Of a DNA stretch of 64,000 bases, positions 49,828-62,455 are shown one piece after another; position 1 is the first letter of the stretch, and each line of letters starts with the position of its first letter. The position numbers were made by a program, and so were the translations under genes. The stretch comes from Malacoraja senta (Eukaryota): positions 992,001 to 1,056,000 of the forward strand of contig CM075989.1 in assembly GCA_038087875.1 (NCBI GenBank), given 5' to 3'. Below the pieces are notes generated by a model. That model was not told the origin of the DNA. It was given only the letters and a program-made list of their open reading frames with translations, and did not search any database.

Positions 49828-52800
49828 AATTGAATTGAATTGAATAATTTTTTTTGCCAAGTATGTATACATACAAGGAATTTGTCTTGGTGCTTTGCTC
49901 ACAAGTAGCAACACGGTATACAGTAGACAATTAAAAATAAAACATTATAATTCAAACATGTGAAGAATGAAATAAAATAGTAAGATTAAACGAGAACTTA
50001 CCAGTTTGAAGTTTGATCTTTATTTTATGAGGAGTTACGTTGGTGATTACGTGAAGAAGACCCGTCAGGGCGCATGCGTGTCAATCTTCAAAGCAGCGGT
50101 ATGAAATCACAGACAACACAATAATCGAAGTAACATATTAAGATGATCAACATGAGAAGTACCATTATGACCTTTTTTCTATGAGAGAGGGTTGGGCGTG
50201 GCGGGCACATAATCACCAACGTAACTCCTCATAAAATAAAGATCAAACTTCAAACTGGTAAGTTCTCGTTTAATCTTACTATTTTACTTCGGAGTCACGT
50301 GAGTGACTACGTGAAGATTTTAAAGCTCTGTGATTTTTATGCCGCAGATCAAAATCCACGCTTCTCACTGCATCGATTGACACTGAGTATCATCAATAAT
50401 GCTGTAAACATGACATTGCATATCATGCAAAAACAAAACAGTTTTATTTTTGGTCATAAAACAACCAATAAACCCTCTTAATTTAGGGGCAACAAACGAA
50501 ACAGAATTAAACAGTATTGAAAGCAGACTTTAAACAATAGCAACAGCACTCAATATTGAGTGGGCAGACAGCCCTTCATCGGCAATCGGCCGATGGTAGT
50601 ATTGCTGAAACACAAGTTCATTTTTCCAACCTGCGGCTTTTAATATATGGTCGATGGGAACGTCCATCGCCCTGACCGCGGATGTTGCTATTGCGCTAGT
50701 GGAATGAGATGTAAACACATAAATGTTAATTCCTGCCTGAACCAAGTCTTGCTTTAACCACGTTGAGATAGTCTGAACTGCCACTCTTTTATGTTGGCTT
50801 CTTGTAACTGACAAATAATCCTGTTTCTTGTCTTAAAGGCCTTGTGGCTTCAATATAATGTAAGAAATGTGTCCTTACACATAAACATGGATCTGTAGGA
50901 TTTGCTGAGAACACAATCTTAAATCCTGTCACACCTGGCCTGCTTTGTTTGAGCAGGTCATAAATATAAAACAGAACATTCTCTGTAGTCACTTCCATTC
51001 TATCTAACTGAAGTTTTTTCAAAGTCTGCACTCTCTGTACTGACACCAATGTCATTAGCATAGCCAATTTCATGGTTAATTTTAACAAAGTTATAGACGT
51101 GACAGGGACCCAATGACGAAGCATGTTAAGAACAACGCTTACATCGCAGATTACCATATACCTAGGCTTAGGCAGTTTGGAATTAAAGATTCCTTTCATC
51201 AACCTAGATATGAAAGGGTGAGAACCTATACTTTGTGTCCGTGTACCTATTACAAGATATGCCGACAAAGCACTTCTAGCTGTATTGATAGCACTATAGC
51301 TAAGACCCTCATCATAATAAAGTGTAGATAAAACTCTAACACATTTTCAATAACTACAGTATCATATTGAATATTCTTTTGAACACAATATTGTTCCCAT
51401 TTTTTTACATGTCATATACTGCTTTTGAGTACTCTTTCTCCAGGCTGCAGTGAGTATATCCACCGTTGGCCTAGAAAGTCCTCGACCAATGTAAGGCATT
51501 CTTAAAAACCTGCAAATTAACAGATCAATTCGATCACATAACAGATGAACTTAACGCGTTACTGGATGATCCAGCAAATTCCTACTGTTTGGAATCAGCA
51601 AAACGAGGTTGGATCGCTATCTGTAACATCAAAGGGAACCATGGTTGAATCGGGCAATTTGGTATCACCAAAACCCCTGAAGCGGCATCCTGCTTGATTT
51701 TCTCAAACACCCATGTGATTCATATCAGCAACTGCTGTAGTGTTGTCTATTTGCACTGCACATGCAAACTAGTTTTGTTAGTGCCATAAGCCTTGAGTCC
51801 ATAAAATACTCTTGGTTAATTCCCCATGTTTGCAGAAGCAATGTTCATCTGTCTCCACAGCTGGATCTTGTATCAGTAGCACCCTACCCAAGTGCTCTGA
51901 CATCTGTCTGCAAAATCATGGAAGCTTGGTCCAATAACACTTTGGAACTACTAGTGGACACATGCTGAATCCACCATTGTACATCAGCAACAGCCTCTAT
52001 TGATAGAAGCATAGGTCTATTATAATGACCCCAATGTATCCTCAGTGCTTGTTCCTTTGACCTTTGTAATTGTAGATAATAAAGTGGCCACTATTGAACT
52101 GCTGGAAATGCTGCCAGCAATTTCCCCAGCAGACTCGTCGCCTGGCTAATTGAAGGCTGTGTGTCAGCAATTAACTTGATACAGCTCTTAATTAGCTCTA
52201 CCCTTTTTTGCCTCGGCAAGGTCACAATCATGTTGATTACGTCTATTGTGAACCCAACTAGTCAATTTGTGTCACAGGTATTAATTTTGATTTCTCTGGA
52301 TAGCTTATGAAGTCCAATTTTTAAAAAGTGTTTTTTACCAACTCCCACTGATGCTTCAGCTGTTTCCTTTGATTGTCCTACAATCAAGATATTATCTAGT
52401 TAAGCCATGAGCACATGCCCTTGACTTCTCATCATGCCTAGAATAGGTTTTAACAACTTTGTAATCACTCTAGGAGCTGAAGACAAACCATTAGGCAGTG
52501 CATTGTATTGCCATAATTGCCCCATCCAGCTGAATTTTAAATCTTCTATCCTGCAAATGAACAGACACTGAATCCGCATCTTGAAGATCTCCTCAAACGT
52601 TTCCATCTTAAAATGTCTATACCGTACAAAAAGGTTTAAGGCTATTCAGGTCCAGTATAATTCTGCATCCCCCATCCTTTTTTGGTCTGGGAAAGATATT
52701 GGACACAAACTGATGGCTTTGGTAAACTGCCTTAGCAATTACACCTTTATTACATAAGCTTGCAAGTTCCACCTGAACTTCCAATTGTTCAGTGATACTG

Positions 52801-55043
52801 AAGTCAAACTCCTTTTTGGAACATGTTGCATGGGTAAATCAGAATTTGCATTAAGCTTTATTCGAAACCCTTCAATAACCTTCAGTATAAACATATCTGA
52901 GGTATCACATTAGATCTGTCTACATGAGAACCAGACCCACTTACCTCCTTACCACCTGGCATTCTTCCCCGGCCTCGAGCTGGATATCTCACCTTCCCTG
53001 GCGCTGCTACAGCCAAACGCCAACTGCGCTGCATCGTAGCTGGACTCGTCCGTTGCCCGGACCAGTCTCCTCGCTTATAGGGATACTTCCGCTTTAGTGG
53101 ATATGTGGCTGCTGGCTGCTTAATCAAGCCCACCGTCTTGGCCTCCTCCTCCTGCTCCTTCACCTGCTTTGTGAAATCCTCGCCAAACAGATTTGCCGGT
53201 TGCACTGTGCCAGGCTGGCAGAGTGAAGCATATTTAGGGTTGATGGTTGGTCTAAAAGCATTTTTGCGGAGGCAGTTGATCTCAAAGTGGGCACTCCACA
53301 ATAGCGCCACATCTTTTGTTGTAATTTCGTCATGGCCTCTACATCCACCATCCTGGCAAAGCTCGTTATGCCAGATGCCAGCAACTTTAAAAATATGCTG
53401 GAGCTTCACCTCCTCCTGGGCTCTCATTAGTATGCCCATCTTGCCCCAAATCTTCCTGTTCCCAACAGGAACTTTTAACAGGCCACAGTTGATTGGGGCT
53501 TCATGCTTCCTTACTGTCTCATCCATTGTCAGCTCCTGTAGCTGATGTGAGACTTGGTAATTTATGCTGGTGGTAAGTTCCTCACCCAGAGGCTCACCAG
53601 CGTCCGACGACAGGGCAAACTGTGCTGCACAAGGTGTCAGCTCTGGCCGCTGCATGCCCTCCCGTTGGAAGTCGTCGTCGGACTCAGGGTCAGAGCATAT
53701 CTGCCCTTCCGCACTCACCTCTTGCAAAGAGGGTGCTTTCAAGCAGGCCTCTACTAGGCACTGCCGGCGGAGCCTTCCGCACGGCCTCCTGCCTGCACAA
53801 CTCCTCCTGGAGTGTGGGTTTGTGGAGCAGCCCCTGTATGAGCTGCTCCTTTTGGATAACCGCTGGGGCACGGTATCCTGTCCCCGACGGGACTCTCCTG
53901 GCCCGACTCTGCGGAGTCAATGGCCCTGACAGACTTGGCTTATGCCTACCGCCCGACTGGCGTTGGCTGTGTACCCGGCTGGGCACTTTGCCAAGTCTGT
54001 CGCCGCACAGCTACCGGCTTGCGACTCCCCAGAGGTGACAGGCTGCCTTTCAGAGACTGCGCTCCCGCTGCTCTCTCTCCCCTTGTCCGTAGCACGCCTG
54101 CACCTTGATGATTTTCCTTGTTCCTGCATTGTGGGGAAAAAAAACACAGCAACAATTTCTACTTTTTTCTAACTCCTCCAAAGTCTCCCCGACTTTGGTG
54201 GAGCTGTAACTACTCGCCTGCAGGAGGAGCTCCGTCCTCCTGCTGCCGGGCGCCAATGTGTCAGACGTAATGACGCACATGCGCCCTAACGGGTCTTCTA
54301 CACGTAGTCACTCACATGACTCCGAAGTAAAATACCAGGGTAAAAGGAGGCTACAGACGTTTGGCTGTTGAGTAGAGTTACTGCTCGTGGAAAAAAAGCT
54401 GGTTTTATGTGTGGCTGTGGCAGATTTGACAGTCCGGAGTCGCCTTCCAGAGGGAAGTGTTTCAAAGAGTTTGTGACCAGGGTGAGAGGGGTCAAGAAAT
54501 TATATTACCCGCTCCCTTCCTGGCCCTTGCTGTTCATCGATGGGGGGAAGGTTGCAGCCAACAACCTTCTCGGCTGATCGAACGATGCGCTGCAGCCTCC
54601 AGTTGTCAAGCTTGGTGGCTGAGCCAAACCAGACCATGATGGAGAAGGTGAGGACAGACTCTATGATGGCAGTATAAAACTGGACCATCATTGCCAGTGG
54701 CAGATTGTGTTTTCTCAGCTGCCGCAAGAATTACATCCTCTGTGGGCCTTTTTGGCTGTGTAGTCGATGGTGGCCTCCTATTTAAGATCCCTGGAGATGA
54801 TGGTTCCAAGGAACTTAAATGACTCCACAGATATGACTGTGGTGTTGTTGATGGTGAATGGGGGGAGAGGAGGGGAAGCTCTCCTAATGTCTACAATCAA
54901 TTCCATTGTATTAAGAGCATTGAGCTGCAGGTTGTTGCGTTGGCACCAGGACGCCAGCTGTGCCACTTCCTGTCAGTAGGCAGATTCCTCCCCATTCTGG
55001 ATCAGTCCAATCAGGGTTGTGTCGTCCGCAAACTTGAGAAGCT
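49828..55043 (-). mobile_element. Rex1-like LINE 3' portion, split by the DIRS element (49828-49979 and 54335-55043)
   Basis: LKFADDTTLIGLI, SFKFLGTIIS, FYTAIIESVLTFSI on the minus strand. The tail shows as ATTGA repeats at 49828-49845. It is itself inside a CR1 3' fragment. Confidence 0.8.
49973..54334 (-). mobile_element. DIRS1-type tyrosine-recombinase retrotransposon, both termini present, degenerate ORFs
   Basis: gag-like ORF 52882-53871, RT remnant LPNGLSSAPRVITKLLKP (52400-52606), RNase H DNTTAVA and MT-like remnant (about 51620-51760), tyrosine recombinase 50530-51268 (VQRVQTL, SHSTS, AAGW...FQQYY). Inverted termini plus ICR at about 50205-50317. Confidence 0.92.
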
Positions 55044-55829
55044 TGACAAAGGGCGGTGGATGTATGGAATGAGCTGCCGGAGGAGGTAATGAGGCAGGTA
55101 ATATCATAACATTTAAGCGCCATTTCGACAGGTATATGGATAGGACAGGTTCAGAGGGATATGGGGCCAGTATAGGCAAGTGGGACTAGTGTAACTGAGG
55201 CACATTAGTGGGTGTGCGCAAGTTGGGCCAAAGAGTCTGTTTCCACACTGTATGACTCTATACCTATGACTTTATGACTCGATGAGCTGATTGGCCTACT
55301 TCTACTTCAAGTCTTACGTTCTTATGAAGTTATTTACAGTATTATAGAATGTCACTGTTTGAGCAAAAATGACAGCAATACATCTTTAAAAAAAATATGT
55401 TCTTTATTTTTCCAGATATTCATTGAATATCTTTCCAAACTTTCCAACGAGGCGAATAATAGTTTGGCCTCGATTGAATAGCATAGAAGAGATGTTAGAT
55501 AGAGCTCTAGGGGCTGGTGGAATCAAGGGATACGGGGAGAAGGCAGGCATGCGTTATTGATTGGGGACGATCAGCCATGATCACAATGAATGGCTGTGCT
55601 GGATCGAAGGGCTGAATGGCCTCCTCCTGCACCTATTTTCTATGTTTCTATGAGAAAGACCATTTAATGGCAACTCAAACAACACGAGTGCTCGCTGGCA
55701 TAGTTTCATCATTCAAAGTCACCCTTCATTACAATAATGGAACACTAGCTAGTTATCCAGGCTTATCACTCAGCACATTGCCGGCCTTATTTGTACAATT
55801 ATAAACATAGAACAGCAAACAGAACAAAT

Positions 55830-56400
55830 AGAACCATCAGTCCACATTGTCTACGCCGAACATGACGTTAACTATTCTCCTTTGCCTGCACATGATCCAT
55901 ATCCCTCCATTCTTGCTTATGACATACCCATCTAAAAGCATCTTAAATGCCATTATGGTATCTGCCTCCACTACTTGCAGCACATTCCAGTAACCCACCA
56001 CCTGTGTAAAAAAAGGCCTGCACCACCCATCTCCTTTGATCTTTACCCCCTCCTCCCCGTGCCTTCTAATTTCCTCCCTGAGAAGAAGAGTTTGATTGTC
56101 TACCCTATCCATGGATCTTCTCAACCTCTGACCTTCCAGGGAAGATAATCCAAGTTTGTCCAAATTGCCTTTATAAGTAATACCATCGAATCCAGGCAGG
56201 ATTCTGGTAAACCTGTTCTTCAGATAGACACAAAACGTCTGGAGAGACCTAAAACCTTCCTTCCTTTTCTGCACGAATGCTGCCTGACCCACTGAGTTAA
56301 TCCAGTAATGTGTGTCTATCTTCACTATAAATCTGCATCTGCAGTTCCTTCTATGCAACCCTACTCTTCACCTGTTTCAAAGCTTTCATATCCTGCCTGT
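55830..56400 (-). mobile_element. Degenerate CR1 3' fragment with a nested pLTR-derived piece
   Basis: RFTRILPGFDGITY...LDKLGLSSLE. pLTR-like sequence at 56222-56350. Confidence 0.65.
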
Positions 56401-57129
56401 ATTGGGATGACAAGAAGCAACCAAACTCCTGCCTGGTTATTAGATAAAAACAAACAGAAAATAAGGTGAAACCCAGCTGATGAAGTAGTCATTGGGTTAA
56501 GTAGCATGTGGATCCAAATAGATGGTTGACGTTTCTGTTAGAGATCCTGTATTAGACCCCCCTTTGCATTGAGCTGATACACTCCAGAAACTGTTACTTG
56601 TTATTTTCCATCTTGATTCCCGCATCTTCCATCTCCTGTGTCAACGGATTTTGATTATTTATTATTTTGTTTTCAAATATTGCAGGTCTGAGCACAGAGC
56701 AGCAACATAATATAATTTCCTAAATGAACACCAGTCATGTTCCCTCAACCTCCTCCGCTTTCCTAATAACTCCATCCCAGAAAACATCCTGGCCAATCCA
56801 TTCTGCACCCTCTCCAGTGCTGTCACATTCTTCCTTATAGTGAATGACCTGAACCTCCTGCAGTATTCCAGCTGATGTCTGACCAGTGGTTTATTAACAG
56901 TGCACACCACCAGACTCAGAAACAGCTTCTTCCCTTTTGTTGTTGGGCTTCTAAATGGCCATTCCATAAGCTAGGCTACAGCATGAATCTCCTCTAACCT
57001 TTTGTGGACATTGGACTCTGTCTCTGGAACTGCTGTGCTGCAATGCTGAGAACTATATGCTGCTCTCTGTACCTTCCCCTTCACTCTACCTATTGTACTG
57101 GAGTTTAGTTAGATTGTATTTATTGCATT

Positions 57130-57445
57130 GATTGAAAGATACAGAATGGAAACAGGCCCATAACCCATCGAGTCCGCGCCGACCATCGATCAGCCAGTCA
57201 CACTAGTTCTAAGTTGCGCACTTCCTCATCCACTCCCTACACACTAGGGCCAATTTATAGAGGCCACAGCCTACAAACTCACACACCTTTGGGATGTGGG
57301 TGGAGATCAGAGCATCCAGAGGAAACCCACAAGGTCATGGAGAACGTGCAACTCCACACAGACAGCATCCAATGTCCGGATCAAATCCAGGTCTCTGTTG
57401 CTGTGAGGCAGTGGTGCTACCAGCTGAGCCCCTGTGCTGCCTGTA
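57130..57445 (-). mobile_element. V-SINE/HE1-like SINE
   Basis: The reverse complement contains TGTGTGGAGTTGCACGTTCTCC and resembles 32392-32692. Confidence 0.65.
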
Positions 57446-57659
57446 TCTGATTTGATTGGATACCAGGCCAAACAAAGCTTTTCACCACTCTATACACATG
57501 ACAATTATAAACCGAAACCTAAACTTAGAGAATAATTACTCAGCTTTTGTGTTCGACAAGTGAACTCCAGATTCCACACAGCGGTGCGGGCAAGAGGGCT
57601 TCAGCAACCTGGACCAATGAATGTCTTCCAGGTCAGAGGTCAGGTCAGAGGTGACATGT

Positions 57660-58605
57660 ACAAGAGAGATGTGTTGCATCTGAACTTGGTAATTCTGTAG
57701 ATCTGACTATATCATTTAATGAAGGATCACCATTAGAACAAGTATTGAACTTCAAATATCTTGGTGTTTGGCTTGACCCAACGCTTTCATTTACGCAGCA
57801 TAGTGAGACGATTACTAAAAAACTTAGCTGTAATCTAGCTATTCTTTACCGCCATATAAATTGTTTCACCTTTCAGATGAGAAAATGAATTGTCTCTCAA
57901 CTACTACTACCAACACTGGATTATGCTGAAATTGTCTATCAGAATACATTTGATATACATCTTCAACCCCTTAATGTAGTTTATAATAGTCTTTGCAGAT
58001 TTATTTTAAGGTGTCCATATACAACTCACCACTGTTCTATGTACGAAACTTTAAACTGGTTATCCCCCCACGCTCGAAGATGCTACCACTGGTTCCAGTT
58101 CATCTTTAAATGCATCCATCTTAATTACCCTTCTTATTTTAAACAAGACCTATTACCATACACACCCTCATATTCACTAAGACATATTCAACAACCCTTC
58201 TTTTTCATTCCAAGAACAAAGAAATTGGGAGACGTGCATTTAAATATAAAGCTCCTTCTGACTGGAACACTCTGCCTAGTACCATAAGAACTATTAGTTC
58301 ATTTCGTCTATTTAAAAATACACTTTTACCATTTCTCATAAAACCATGTACCTGTTTCTAATTATGCTGTAACACATAACGTTTGTTATTATTGGATTTA
58401 AGTTAATTAACAATTGATATAAAGTATAACAAGTGGGGATGGAGGAGTTTTGGGTTTGGTGTGTGGGTAGGTGGGTCGATGAGAGCCTTTATGTATGTTA
58501 TGTCTTGTGCTGTATGTTCTATGTTGGACCCCCTCGAAAACGAGATGATTGTCCATCTCAAGGGGTTATCCATAAATAAACTTGTTGTTGAAACTTGTTG
58601 TTGAA
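57660..58605 (+). mobile_element. L2/Crack-like LINE 3' fragment
   Basis: FKYLGVWLDPTLSF, LPTLDYAEIVY; 3' hairpin GAGATG...CATCTC, AATAAA and an ACTTGTTGTTGAA repeat tail. Confidence 0.7.
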
Positions 58606-59249
58606 CTGGTGTGGGACCAATATCCTCGTGGGAAGGTTTGCTAGTGATTGAATAACCGAGTAGACTTGATGGGCCAAATGACCTAATTCTGCTCCTATCA
58701 CATGAACATGACAAGCTTGAGGTAAGAGGGGAGACAAGCTGCCATATTGAATAGGGAGAATGTTACTGTGGTACCTACAGAGGATAATCTGTGGGGGGAG
58801 GAATCGATGTTGACTGTGTCTAAATTTGTAGATCTTGGAAAAATGAATGATTTTAAGGTTGATGGAATTATACTATAGTCTTCAGTAATTAGAGGTGCAA
58901 ACATTGAGGAGAATCGCAGATAGGTGTCGAACTGATGGCATTGTGATAGTGGAAGATTTTAACCTTGATCTTGACTATGACTGCGATGCTGCTAAGATAT
59001 TAGTTGGGACTGATTTTTTTTATATGTACCGACTAGTATGTGAATCACCCGAGCGAAGAAATTGCAACAGTCAACTTCCTCATTGCTAATAAGAGTGGGC
59101 CATTGTGTGACATGTCAATAAGGGAGCACTTTGAGATCAATGGACATTATGTTATTATGTGCCTTAAAAATATGGCAAAGGAAAGGACTTGGCCACATGT
59201 CAAATTCCTAAATTGGGGCAAGGCTAATTTTTACATTATTAGGCAGGGC

Positions 59250-61430
59250 TGAGGCAAGGAGGCTTTCAGCAGCAGAGAAGTGAAAATGTTTCATTCAGCT
59301 CTGTGAGTGTGTCGCATTACTTAATTTGGGAGTTGGCTACCGTAGTAATGGTGGGCAGGTTGTTGCAGCGTGTTTCTTGCAGGATGTGGGAGGTCAGGGA
59401 CACTGCAGGTGACTCTGACCACAACATCTGTGGGAATTATGTCCAGGTGCACCTCCTGAAGATCCGCGTTAGGGAACTGGAGAAACAGCTGGATGACCTC
59501 AAGACCATCTGGGAAAACGAGAACTTCCTGGACAGGACCTACGGTGAGGTCGTCACACTAAGGGTACAGGAAGTGCAAAGGTGGGCGATGACAAGGAAGG
59601 GAAGTAAACGTGGAGTGCAGGAGACCTCAGTGGCTGTACCTCTTCAAAACAGGTACACCCTCTTGGGAGCTGTCAGAACAGACAAACCTTCAGGTTTGAG
59701 AAGCAGCCAGGGTTGTGCTGTAACTCTGATGTTGAGGCTCAACAGGGAAGAGCGATGTCAGGCAGAGCCACAGTGGTGGGTGACTTAATAATTCGAGGAG
59801 CGGACAGGAGATTCTGCGGCAGCAGTCGTGACGCCAGGATGCTGGGCTCCCTCCCTGGTGCCAGGGTCCAGGATGTCTCGGAGCGGCTGCATGACATCCT
59901 CAAGAGGGAGGGGGAGCAGCCATTAGTTGCCGTGAATGTTGGCACAAACGATATCGGTAGGAAGAGGAAGGATGTTCTGCAACAGGAGTTTAGAAAATAA
60001 GGTCAAAGGCTGAAAAGCTGGACTTCCAGGATAGATATCTCTGGTTTGCTTCCAGTACCTCATGCTGGAGAGGGTAAGAACAGAAAGATGGGAGAGATTC
60101 ATGTGTGGCTGAGGAGTTGGTGCAAGGAGCAGGGATTTAGATTTCTTGACCATTGGGATCTCTATTGGGGCAGGGGTGACCTGTACAAAAGGGACGGGTT
60201 GCACCTTAACTGGAGGCAGTGGTTCGCGAGGTCTACACGGGTGGGTTAAAACGTGATTGGCAGGGGGGTGGGAACTCACACAGGACAGAGGCAGGTGAGA
60301 GGTTAAAAGTTCGTATGGGGGGTGGTGAGAGAAAGGTCAGAGGACAGAATAGGCAGGAGAAAGGCGGAGAGCGACGAAGGAAGTTTGGTTTAAACTGCAC
60401 TTATTTTAATGCAAGGGGCCTGACGGGTAAGGCAGATGAGCTTAGGGCATGGATAGGTACGAGCGACTGGGACGTTGTAGCCATGATTGAAACATGGTTA
60501 AGAGAGGAGTAGAATTGGCAGCTCCATGTTATGGGATACAGATGCTTCAGTGGAGACAGGGGTAATTGTAAAAGAGGGGGGGGGTGGGGGTGGTTGCATT
60601 GTTGGTTAAGGAGGATGTCACAGCAGTAGTCAGAGGTGACATTATGGATGTCTAGTGAGGCTATATGTGTGGAGCTGAGGAGCAAGAAAGGGATGATCAC
60701 CTTGTCTGGGTGTAGTGCAGACCACCAAAGAGTCAAGGGGAATTAGAAGAACAAATATGACAGGAGATTGCAGACAGCTGCAAGTCAAATAAGGTTGTTG
60801 TAGGAGGGGATTTAACTTTCCTTATATTGACTGGGAAAATCATGGTGTGAAAGGTTTAGAAGGGGTGAAACTTCTCAATGGTCTTCAGGAAAGTTTTCTC
60901 CAGCAATAAGAAGAGGGCCCCACATGTGAGACTGCAAGACTTGTTCTTGTCTTGGGAAATTGGGAAGAGCAAGTGAACAGTATTATGAGGAGGAAACTTT
61001 TGTGAGTAGTGTCCACTGTTCGATTAGGTTTAAGATAGTTATGGATAGGGACAGAGAGGGCTCACATGTTAAAAAGGTAAATTGGGATAAGGCCAACTTT
61101 CAGCGTATGGGAAAAAGTCTCACTCAAGTTGATTGGAGCAGGTTGTTTGAAGGGAAAGGATCATCAGCCAAGTGGGATGGTTTTAAAATGTGCTGACAAA
61201 AGCTCAGGATTTGCAAGATCCCTTTTACAGTAAAGGGCAAGGCAGGCAAATGTAAGGAAGCTTGGCTCACAATAGAAATTGTGGCATTGGTTAAGAATAT
61301 AAAGGATGTAGAGTATCCCAGGACCGGTTTCAGGTTCGAAGGAGCAAAGTAAATAAGGAAATCAGGACAAAAAGGGGCCAGAATATACCTCTGGCAGATA
61401 GCATTAAGGACAATCCCAAAAGGTTTTATA
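59250..61430 (+). mobile_element. Degenerate CR1 5' half (esterase ORF1 + endonuclease)
   Basis: VVGDLIIRG, VGTNDI, DGLHLN, YFNARGL, IETWL, GDFN. Confidence 0.85.
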
Positions 61431-62455
61431 AGCCCCCCCCCCTCAATGCGCAGTTGCGGAGGGGGGGGGGCTTGCAGTGACATACACATTAACCACCCCC
61501 TCCCCATACACACTAACCACCCCCCCACACACACAATAACCACCCCCACACACACACACACTCACCCTCCCCTACACATACACACTAACCATCTCCCTTG
61601 ATATTGTATTAATATTATTCATTGGCTCCTTTAACCCCATCCCCGCCCTATCCACTCATGCATAGCCCCCACCTCGCAGGTGTGTCTAGAGAGGGAGGAG
61701 GGAGAGGGGAGAAGGGAGAGAGGGGGAGAGAGGGGGGTTGGAGGGAGAGGGGGAGAGGGAGAGAGAGGGATGGAAGGGGTGAGAGGAGGTGTGAGAGAGG
61801 GGGGTGTGGAGAGGAGGGGGAGGGAGGAGGGGGAAAGGAGGGGGGAGAGGAGTGGGGAGGGGGAGAGGAGGGGGAGTGGGGAGAGAGTGAGATGGTGGAC
61901 TTGAACTCAGCGAGCGGGTGGCGCGGACACTGAGTGGGCGGGGCCGACTGCGAGCGGGCGGTGGGCTTCGGGAGCACTTGGGACCTCGGAGGACCTCGGA
62001 AGCCAAACCAAATTACTGCGTGTTCAGCGGGTTCAATCCAGAGGGCAGCTGGGCTGCGGGCAGGGCGGAACACTGTGGACGGCTGGCCGAGTGTGAATCG
62101 ACTGTGAGTCGGCGGCGACCAAATGACTGCGAGTCGGGGTGGGGGCAGGGGTGACGTAACTCGCAGCTCGAGGAAAAAAGTGCCCAACAGGCTGCACGTT
62201 GTAAACAGTGCGCAGCGGGCCATGAGGAGCAGAGCCATTGTGATGTCATCTGCTCGTTAACTTAAAAAAAAAATTCAGATTTTAATAAATCTCATGAAAT
62301 AATTCATCAAATTTTCAGATGAGGCGATTTTTGACATCATGGCGTAAATCGCTATCGGAATATGTAAAAATGTCACCATTAGCGCGTCGTGTTTTTAAGG
62401 AGATGTGAATCACAGATGAACATCACACACACAAATACATACACATTTTTACGTT
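61431..62455. mobile_element. Unclassified non-autonomous element, possibly Helitron/Helentron-like, with CA- and GA-rich tracts
   Basis: Abruptly interrupts the CR1. GC-rich core with microsatellites near both ends and no coding motifs. The class is a guess. Confidence 0.35.

Noticed and set aside
50530..51268. Phage integrase or bacterial contamination
   Set aside because: The tyrosine recombinase sits within a DIRS retrotransposon with RT and ICR, nested in vertebrate LINEs.
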